Assembly (NCBI GenBank): GCA_051362555.1
Contig: CM120640.1
Location: forward strand, 25,778,225-25,842,224
DNA length: 64,000 nucleotides
Source of the DNA: Lingula anatina
Lineage: Eukaryota > Animalia > Brachiopoda
Direction: 5' to 3'
The position numbers and the translations under genes were made by a program. Shown here one piece after another: positions 11,901 through 21,970 of the stretch. Numbering within the stretch: position 1 is the stretch's first letter; the number at the start of each line of letters is the position of its first letter. The notes beneath the pieces were generated by a model. The model made no database searches and had not been told where the DNA came from. It worked only from the letters and a program-made list of their open reading frames with translations.

Positions 11901-14900
11901 CTATTTACATAAAGTTAACTTTCAGTTTATGTAGATATATTTTGTGTGGATATTTTTAATCATGCAATAACTATGACGGTTAGATGATGGAATGATTTAT
12001 CTGTAACGTTAATTTGTTTTTGTATTCCTCCTACTCTTTTTACAATTTCAGGATCGGTTACAGCATACCAATGTTCACAGGATTTGTCATCATGTTTGTT
12101 TCAACAATAAGTATGTTTTCGTTCTTATTTTAACACATATTATGTAAATGTGCAACTTGAAAACACGAGTAATATTAATTTGCCATTGGAGAATAAGACG
12201 GAAAATTTATATATATTTTTTAATTCCATTTGAAGTGTTTAACTAGTAGTTTGAATTCCTGTTGTCATTTGCGTTTTGGGATCATTGTAAAGTAAAGAGT
12301 TGGATATTGTAGTTGTTTTAATTGAAGAGATAAAGTAGCTTACTATAATTAATGAAATAACATTGCAGTTTTTGCCTTCGCGGAGAGTTTTTGGCTCTTA
12401 CTGATGGCGAGGGCAGTTCAAGGCGTAGGGTCTTCCTGTTCAAGTGTGTCAGGTAAGTGTTCATTACCAAGTTCACTGGTCTTTAAAACAGTACCAAATA
12501 CTCGAGCGTAAGAAGTGTCTCTTGCATTATTACCTAACGAGCCAAGTTCAGAATCCAATCAGTTTCACTGTCTGAATTATCGATTCGATGAATAACCTAA
12601 ATGAAAAGGCTTTTCATGCACTCAACAATCGGATAGTAGATCAACAATAGTTTTGTGTGGTTTCAGCCTTGAATGTGGTTACAGTGATTCAAACTAGGTT
12701 CAGTTTATCAACATGATCAATGATGAAGCTATACACCGTTCATTATACAATGCACTAACGTGCCTGGGTCCACCACGACAGTATACATGTTGGGGTATTC
12801 TTTGTTGCAGGCATGGGTATGATAGCGGAGGTATACCCTGATGACAACGAGCGAGGACACGCCATGGGGATTGCTTTAAGTGGACTAGCTTTAGGGGTTC
12901 TTAGTGAGTTCTTAGCACAGGAAGCTCCGGGAGATTGAACAAAAACTTTATCGTTACTAAAAAGTGAAAGACAGAAGGATACAGGCTAAAGCAAAAATAT
13001 TTATCGTATTCAGTAACAATGTACACGTTTTTTATGATGAGTTTGCATGAATGCCACATTTTCGTTAAATATCCATCAAATTGGAGGACATACACTTCAA
13101 GGTTTATTGGATTTTGACTCAAAATAACACAAATATCGAATTTTTCTTACGTCATGACATTTTTTCTTGAACTTACCGACCGACACTCTTGTCCGATCGA
13201 AGTTCGCTTTAGATATGTTTTAACGTTCACTTTTCACTAGGCTAATTATAAGATAACGCTTACATGTATATTTGTACTTCTCACAAAAATACAATTTTTA
13301 TCGGGATAATAATATCTTTATTAAAAGGTATCTAACATTTTAGATAACTGCATAAACACGAGAAATTATGAAAAAAAGTATTTTAGGTTAAAATCCTACG
13401 GCCTTGTTTTGAGGTAGCAACATTTACAGAAACATAGTAAAATGTGGTATTTATCAAATTTTAGTTGGTCCTCCGTTCGGTGGTGTGATGTACCAATTTG
13501 CAGGCAAGGAAGCGCCTTTCCTTATATTAGCGGCATTGGCTTTATTTGATGGATGTAAGTTAACGCACACCATTAAGACTACAGTAAGAATTCAGATTAA
13601 CACGATAAAAACTGGATACAATTATCATTTACTATACTTTAATTTTTTTCTGAGTATGTACTCACTGTATTCCCATTTTAAGCGACCGTACACATTAACC
13701 CCATACCCATATTAATTCTAAATATTAACATATTAAAGAATATTTGTGCATGTTGCACGTTTAATTGTATATTTTGCCTTTCAGTATTACAGCTTATCGT
13801 CCTAAAACCCCGAGTAACTCCGGAGTGTCAAGAAGGAGCTTCCCTGAAAAATCTCTTGACAGATCCTTACATTCTTCTTGCCGCAGGTAGAATTTACTTC
13901 AACTATTATTATTATCATCATTATTGTTGTATAATTATTCTCATTTTATATATATAAACATTACCGTGTCAAATGATATCACTCTTGACAAAGTGCGTCC
14001 TCGTTACGTTCATACCGATATCTATAATTTAATCTTACTTCTGAGTCCGTTTTGCACTGTTTTAGGGGCCATTACCTTTGCTAACATGGGCATTGCCATG
14101 CTAGAGCCTTCACTTCCAATATGGATGCTGGATACAATGAATGCACCGGAATGGCAGCAAGGTGATTACTTTCTTGCTGAATGTTGTTCAGTACCCAGTG
14201 TCCCAGATGTCGAGATTGAAAATCTACTGTCGAAATAATATCTAGCGCATCAAAACAAAATACGTGTCTTAATAATTGATATTGATATGATACCCGTAAG
14301 TGCAAATGGAGATACCCGTATTTGCAAATGGCGTTATATCTATTGCAGGCACAGCTTTCCTCCCAGCCAGCATATCATACATGATAGGAACAAATACGTT
14401 TGGACCGCTAGCTAACAAGATCGGAAGGTGAAGTTTTCAATACATATTGTCTATAATTGTCCCAGTATCAAATCGTTTATTTTGTCAAACTGTCTCTCAG
14501 GAGCATGCATTCAGACCTCAATATATATTTATTTTTTAACGGATCGTTTTTCTTCTTCAGATGGCTTAGTTCGTTGATTGGTATGATTATTATCGGCTGT
14601 TGCCTCGTAGCGGTAGGTTATCTTGGTGGTTTGTATGACCAGTTATACGTAAACAGAAATCTAAAAAGATGGGTTACTCATAAAAGATATCCGAATAATT
14701 TTAAAAAAACTATAGTTTTCTTCACAAAAGCAGGCAAGTTGTTCTTTGAACAATAAGTTTTTACAATTTTAATTGTTTATCAACATATAGTGCTGTAATC
14801 TATCAAGATTTTGCACCCTCCCAAATTTTAAGAATAGTTTCTTTAATTCCTTCATTAATGTCTCCTTCATTAATACGATTAAAGTAACGTATTATTTCGG

Positions 14901-16255
14901 TGTGCCGTGTTGTTCAGTTCGTGACACATTTTGTGTTGTCAAGCTAACACACTTTGTGAACAGCATCGTGATGCACCCTCCACAGTGATACATTACTTAT
15001 CTTACACGAAAAAAAAATTTATGTCACTTCCCTTGTCACGCTTATTATAACGATTCAATTGCACTCTACCAATGAACGTTGTGAACGTCAGTGATGTCAT
15101 TGTGTCATTGCAGATCCCTTTTTCCAAGAATATATTTCACCTCATTGCGCCAAATTTTGGGCTTGGGTTTGCTATCGGTAAGTGACTGTAGGCATGCTTG
15201 ATGCACTGTTTATATATCAATGTATCCGTGTTCCTTATTGTTTGTAGACTCTGTTGTAGGAAATTGTATGTTGTTGCCTTGTTGTTAACCTTCAAGAGCA
15301 CTGTCAGAATCACTATTCTTAATTTAAAATCAGTTGATCAAGCTAATACATTTCAGGCAAAAAGTTTTGGTCCACACTTATCTCAATAACGGAATGGTCA
15401 AGTGCTGACCTAAAGCACAATTTGACAGTCGCTGCTGAAGTAGTCTACAGTACTAAACTTCTTATCGCCCTTTCTCGGTGCTCTCATTGCCTTATTTACC
15501 TGACAAAGCGGTGAATTCAAAATCCAGGCAAATTTTGCAGATTCCATTTTGCCGTAATCCGAATGTACTTGTTCCTTCGATGGCAGGTTTAGGCTTCTCT
15601 ATCGGTAAGTATCGCGTTCTCTAGTTTCATAGATTTCAGCTCCTTTTATCAGTTATTCTTTTCTTCTTTCTTTGGTCTTTCTAAGTGAAACCGTTAGCTT
15701 CTTTTTTGTTTAATGGCATTTCAATTAAACTGGTTGTTTTATCAATACCTTCATGTTACATTATCAATGCATGCATTCATGTTACATAAACGCAGTTATT
15801 GCAGTTATTAGTTTGTATGCCAAAATATAAGTCGAAAGGGTATGCTATGGTATGTATACCTCTTTTATTGTAACTAAAATGTGTTTTTCAAATAAATCTA
15901 CCAACGACCTGTCAACTCAGTCTTAAATTCTGTAAAAAAAACGTTGATCGACATTACTAATACAATCTTTGTCATAGGAAAATTGGACTCCTTGTTAAAT
16001 GTATTGAAAAATGTATCGCACACATTTGCGGTCAGGAATAAAACCTCTAGCTAGGATCAAAGGCATGAAAATCATTTTTTATTCCAGGAATGGTGGATTC
16101 TGCTATGATGCCTCACATGGGTTATTTGGTGGACCTGCGCCATACGTCGGTTTACGGCAGCGTGTATGCCATAGCAGACGTGGCATTTTGTCTGGGGTTT
16201 GCTGTTGGTACGTACAGAACTTTACGAAAAAATGGGTAAAATATTGATTCATCGT

Positions 16256-16302
<47 letters not shown>

Positions 16303-17432
16303 AAGGGAACTGTCAATTGTTATTGCTCTCGTGTTGAAATTCATTCCACACAAAACTATTGTAGATCGTAGATCGATCCAACTCCGCGAGGACTCTCGCT
16401 AAATGCAATTCAGCTTAGCAGATTAACACGCCTTCTTTTATTTCCAACGTACTCGTATGATCACAAGCTTTTCTGTATTCTATTCAACGCCAGGAGGAGG
16501 CGTGTTAATCTGATTGCATTCAGCGAGAGTCCCCACTGAGTTGGATAGATCTACGTGGAACGACAGTTCCATTTGGAAATGAACCTTTAGTCTCTGTTTG
16601 ATAATTGTATTTATTTTATAGGGCCGTCTTTGAGTGGAACGATAGTGAAAGCAGTTGGATTTTCATGGCAAGTTTCACTTTTTTTCACATTTCTTTTGAA
16701 ACCAGCAACGTAAAATTGACTTTTTTCAGGCAAAATTCTGAGGCACGCCTTTTGATGGCAAGATGTTATCAAATTAAGTTTATAAGGCAATTTATAGATT
16801 GGGAGACGCAAGGTGGTCGTATTTATTCATCCACTAATTAGTTTTTAATTCTAAACGGCACGAACGGCAGAATACATTCCACGTACTAGTGAATATGATG
16901 AACAGGTTTGTTATCTTTGTAGGATGCTTTGGGGGATGGCCATAACTGTATTCCTGTTCGCGCCGCTGATGTATTTCCTGCGCAACCCACCCGCTGTCAA
17001 AGAGGAGAAGATGGTAGGAACCATTATCATCGCTTGTGAGAATGCACAGGACCATGCACGTACACACTAGATACCAGGCTTATCAAACTGCATACACTAA
17101 GTGCACATCCTAAACATACACTTGTGCTCTACATTATACATGCATTATACATGCAGTTCTTAATATTATACTAAGTGTATATTTTGTGAATATCATTTAA
17201 AGTACTCTTTTCAATTCAAGTAATGCATTGCAAATTGAAATTGCATGTGTCGACATCACGATACTTTAAAAACCAGTTAGAACTATTTTTAAAGAAGTGA
17301 ATTTCATTTTTCCAGGCACTTATCATGAACGACAAATGCCCGGTCCAGTATGTGACCTACGCCCAAAACCAAAAGAGTGCGGATAATTCGGATGATGAGC
17401 CAGAAACCATGGAATCCTACAACGATTATTAA
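8962..17432 (+). CDS. VMAT: Vesicular monoamine transporter (VMAT, SLC18A1/2 family), proximal isoform(s). Exons 8962-9100, 10592-11048, 12052-12110, 12369-12452, 12811-12903, 13465-13554, 13785-13886, 14066-14161, 14349-14427, 14561-14612, [15114-15177 or 15541-15604], 16088-16207, 16622-16667, 16923-17013, 17316-17432
   Basis: [66 protein letters not shown]; exon phases are consistent throughout; AATAAA at 17789. Confidence 0.95.
15114..15177 (+). CDS. VMAT: VMAT alternative exon 11A ([22 protein letters not shown]), canonical-type
   Basis: cag acceptor, GTAAGT donor, 64 nt; closely matches the vertebrate VMAT2 segment [22 protein letters not shown]. Confidence 0.9.
15541..15604 (+). CDS. 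VMAT: VMAT alternative exon 11B ([22 protein letters not shown])
   Basis: ttttgcag acceptor, GTAAGT donor, 64 nt, same phase as and homologous to 11A. Confidence 0.85.
16259..16298. repeat. (TA)n microsatellite
   Basis: Perfect run. Confidence 0.95.
16340..16583. mobile_element. Long-inverted-repeat MITE-like element in a VMAT intron
   Basis: Arms 16368-~16424 and ~16498-16554 are near reverse complements; motifs resemble the TAA-MITE family. Confidence 0.7.
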
Positions 17433-18258
17433 CATCTGGCATAGCTTAATTTAAGGGCGATCCAATACCTTAAACTAGATATATTTATTGAAGCGTACCG
17501 CCCGTTATCAGACAATTGCATGGGCGAATTTGGTCGTATTTTAATGAATTATTAGTATGGACTGTAAGAATGTAGATGGGAGTAACATCACTTGTATTTG
17601 TAGATAAGTATTTCATTTTCCGGTAGGATGGGCAGTATCTATGGAGAGGGTAACTAGGATTCAGTGTTCAGATACTTTTGCATCAAAGTAATTATGTGGT
17701 GAAGGAATTTACTGACCAATCGCACAAATGTTTAATGTTCAAGTATAGATGCCTTTTCTTTGCTTCCAGCTATCCTGTCTATGAAAGGAATAAACAAATT
17801 GCAAATTTTATCATGTTTTATCAATTAAAAAATTGAAAAAAAAATCCACTTAAAATTGAGGCAAGTCAAGAAAAAAAATTAATTGAACAGTTTTGTTCAT
17901 CTGGTACATGATATTGACAAAAGATTTCCGGCAGATTAAAGATTAACGGCAAATATGTTTAAAATATGATCGAGCACAATGTCATCTTCAGCAAGAAGGT
18001 AAGCACGAACATGATTTATTATCACAACAAATTGAACAATGTTAGATAGTAAACTAACAAAACAAACACCATATAGAAACGACTCCACTAACAACCAACC
18101 AAAATTATACTTGTAAGTATTCTTGATGCTAAAAAAATCATTGTATTTGGATGTTGCTTTGCATGTTTAGGCTGCTTGGACTGTGTTAGCACATTGTGCG
18201 GGAATTCATTACTTTAAAAGTGGATAAGCGTTCAGCTTATGAGCATGTTTTCTTTCAG

Positions 18259-21200
18259 ATTCCTATTTGCGCAACTCCTGCTGCACTGATACCGCCAATG
18301 GCTGGACTTGGCTTTTCAATTGGTGAGTATGTACTTTCCAGCTTTCCAGCTTCTGCTATGCTGGTCAATTTTAATAAAAATGATATTGCAATCATATTAA
18401 CGTGCCGTCTGTTTGATGTTTAAAAACTTTTTAAAACTTCACCAAAGAAGCTACACGAGAAAATGTTGAGGGAAAGGATACGAATTATTGGCGCATAATA
18501 TTCCATGAAACAGAGTTCGATTTTTCCCTTAATGTTTAACTGAAATTCACCTTATTCATTTATTCAAAACAATGTTTACAAACTCATTTTCCAGATTTTT
18601 ATTTACCTGAGCGTGATCTCAATTTTTAATTGAAATTTAAATGTTTAAAATGAGACATAAGTCGTGTAATTAATGACAGTTACGAATCTCGCTATAATTT
18701 TAAAAAAGCTAGTTCTCTTAGTTGAGTACATAAAAACGTGCCAATATATTTTCTCTCTTATCTCAGGTATGGTGGATTCGTCCATGATGCCACACATGGG
18801 ATATTTGGTTGACACTCGCCATACCTCTGTGTACGGCAGTGTGTATGCTATCGCCGACGTGGCATTTTGTGTTGGATACGCTTTTGGTACTTTATTCATT
18901 TTTATTTTTTATCTATTATTATTATTATTATTAATTTGCAACGAGTTAAGGTAACATTTCATTCAACAAGTACTCTTATTATGAGTTTTTCTGGCATACT
19001 GAACTAAATGCTCTTCCTCGTTTGTGCGTTTCAGGGCCCTCGATGTGTGGAACAATAGTAAAACTGATGGGTTTCCCTTGGTAAGCACACTATTAAAGAA
19101 TTTATCTTATTATCATCATCATCATCATCATCATTTAGAGCCTATAGTGTTCCACTGTTGGACAAAGGCCTCAGCATGCTTTTTCCATTGTTTCCTATCC
19201 TGAGCCTCAGATTTCCAGTTTGGCCAAGGTTTCTTCTTCCAAGACTTCCAGTAGTCATCTAATTCATCCCTCCATCGTTTGACCGGCCTTCCTCTTTTTC
19301 TTTGTCCATACCTTGGGGTCCATTCTGTAAGCCTGATTGTCCACCTATTGTCCTTCATTCTTTTGACATGTCCTGCCCACCTCCATTTCGTTTCTTTAAC
19401 TGTGAGCAGTACGTCCTTAACTTTGGTCTGTTCACGTAACCATACATTCGTTTTCCGCTCTCTTGGATTGATGTTTAACATAATTCTTTCCATCTTTCTC
19501 TGAGCTACTTGTAGCTTGTGTTCCATGGAGGCATTCAGTGCCCAGGTCTCTGAACCATAGGTGATTGCCGGCAGCACACAAGCATTGAACACTTTCTTTT
19601 TCAGGCAGGTAGGAAGGTTGCTCTTGAAGATGTCATTGTGTTTCCCATATGCTGCCCATCCTGCTTTTATCCTTCGTTGGATTTCTTTCTCCAGTGTTCG
19701 ATCACTAAGGCTGAACCGTTGCCCAAGGTATATATACTCTTCTACTGCTTCTATCTCTTTGGTGTTGACCTTCACTGTGCAAGGGGTGGTTAGTGGTCCA
19801 AACATCACCTTTGTCTTGCTGGTGTTCATCTTTAGCCCACTTTTTGCGCTTTCATCTGCTAACGCCTGTAGCATTTCTTCGAGGTCTTTTGCATCATCTG
19901 CTACTATTATGATGTCGTCTGCAAACCTAAGGTGATTGAGCCTGGTACCGTCTATGTTTATGCCCTTGTCCTGCCAGTCTAGATCCCTGAATATACGTTC
20001 CAATGCTGCTGTGAACAGTTTAGGAGAGATTGTATCTCCTTGGCGTACACCTTTCTTGATCCTGATCTTATTGGTGGTCTTGTGTAGTTTGACTGTTACA
20101 GAGCTATCGGTGTATATGTCTCTGAGGACGTCTACGTATCCATCTTCGATCCCTAGATCTTGCAGGGATGCCAGTATATACTGGGTTTCTACTGAGTCGA
20201 AGGCTTTTTCATAATCAACGAATGCTACACATAGTGGAATGTTATACTCGAGACATTTCTCTTTGAGCTGGTTGACAGTGTGCATATGATCAGTAGTGGT
20301 GTACTGGCCTCTGAAACCTGCTTGTTCCTTTGGCTGCGCTTCATCTAGTTGTCTTGTTAGCCTTTCGGTCAATATCTTGGTGTAAATCTTGTACAAATTA
20401 GAAAGTAGGCAGATGGGTGTGTAATTCTTGATGTCTTTCCTATTGCCCTTTTTGAACATTATGATCATGTTGGCGTTCTTCCATGCTACAGGAATTTCCT
20501 TCAGATGTAAGCACTTTGTGAAGAGCCTGGCTAATTCCTGAGATAGGATATCTCCTCCTGCTTTTACCATTTCTGCTTTGATGTTGTCATTACCTGCAGC
20601 CTTTCCGTTCTTCATTTTCTGGACTGCTGACTCTACTTCCCAAGCTGTTATGTCTGGTAGATCGCATGCCTTTGTTGAGATTTCTATTCCCTTGTTGCTG
20701 TCATACAACTCTCCATAGAATTCTTCTACTCGTTCTAATATCTGGTCTTGTGTGGTGAGCTCATTTTCATCTTTGTCTAGAAGAGTCAGCATTCTATCCT
20801 GCCCTAGTTGAAAGGATCTCTTTGCTCTTTTCATGCTCTTTCCATTTTCGATGGTCTCTGCTATCTTCTTCATGTTCTGCTTCCTGATGTCTTCCCTTGC
20901 CTTCTTCTTGATGGTCTTATCCAGTTCTGCATATTCGATGTTGTTTCTGATGTCCCTGTTGTTGTTTACCTCCGTTTTCTTCATCATCCGTCTTTTCTTC
21001 ATGAGAATCCTCGTTTCTGTTGAGAGCTGTGAGTCCTTCATTTTACTGGCCGGTGCGACTTCTGATGCACATTCTAGGATGGTGGTCGTTATTCTATCGT
21101 TCATTTCATCTACTCCATCTTCGCCTTCTAGCTATAGTGCACTGAATCTGTTCGTTAGGAGGATTTGGAACTCGTCTTTCTTTATGACCAGTATTTATCT

Positions 21201-21970
21201 TATAGGAAAGTTTCCCATTTATCTTATAGGCAACGTAAAACAAAAATCCTCTCTTAGGCAACGTTGCTCAGGATCAGTGCACCTCGGATAATACTCATGC
21301 AATTGTCAGAGTGTTCTATGATACACTTTAAAAGCCTTGACAGTTTTTCTTCATATGGTGCAGTTTTTGAGTAAAAATTTGCCAATTCCACGAATACTAC
21401 CGTTTCTTTCAAGGATGCTGTGGGGTATGGCTATAGTAGTGTTCCTCTACTCTCCCCTGGTGTGCTTCTTACGCCAGGCGCAAGTGCGCGAGGAGACGCT
21501 GGTATGTACTGTATATTTTACTGTATATTAAAATGTTTTAGAAAGAATATTGCCACCATGAGATATTTATTTGTCAATTTGCCACAAGCATTTCCATGAT
21601 GAAGGGGATACAAGGAGTAGAAAACTTTCCATGTAAAACATACATCAAGATATTCTCAGGTGTCCGCGGAACACCTGTCAGCATTGCCTTATTATGGTAT
21701 TGACTTGGTGAAATTTAGTTTATTTTTATTGCTTAAAAGCAATACTCTTCAATGTAATAGGCAAGCATTATTGGGATAATGCACTCTCTTAAACAGCGCT
21801 TCTTGGTATCTGCGTAAATATACATGTATGTTAATTGATTTATTAGAAAGGAATTTTGAATCCTTTTCCAGGCGCTGATCATGAAAGATAAGTGTCCGAT
21901 TCAGTACGTTACCCAGGCTCAAAATTACTCTACGCTGGACGAAGCTGTATCCCCGGATGAACGCCCTTGA
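18259..21970 (+). CDS. VMAT: VMAT duplicated alternative 3' block: exons 11C 18259-18322, 12' 18767-18886, 13' 19035-19080, 14' 21414-21501, 15' 21872-21970
   Basis: Same phases as proximal exons 11-15 and identical sizes for the first three (64/120/46 nt); intact splice sites, open frame to TGA 21968-21970, AATAAA at 22062; no copies of exons 1-10 in between. Confidence 0.85.
19111..21192 (-). mobile_element. 5'-truncated RTE-clade LINE (RT domain), antisense inside the VMAT intron between exons 13' and 14'
   Basis: 657-aa ORF with [21 protein letters not shown] and LRFADD; (TGA)n tail beginning at the stop codon; ATTTATCTTAT direct repeat at 19100-19110 and 21193-21203 (TSD); no endonuclease N-terminus. 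Confidence 0.95.

Noticed and set aside
18468-18481. GTATCCTTT U12-like donor on the minus strand
   Set aside because: Antisense to VMAT with no associated exon or branch site
19279-21291. Several plus-strand ORFs within the LINE
   Set aside because: Antisense shadows of the RTE coding frame
18259-21970. Distal VMAT block as a pseudogene or a separate paralog
   Set aside because: No stops or frameshifts, all splice sites intact and synonymous changes in excess; the ~800 bp after the proximal stop holds no exons 1-10
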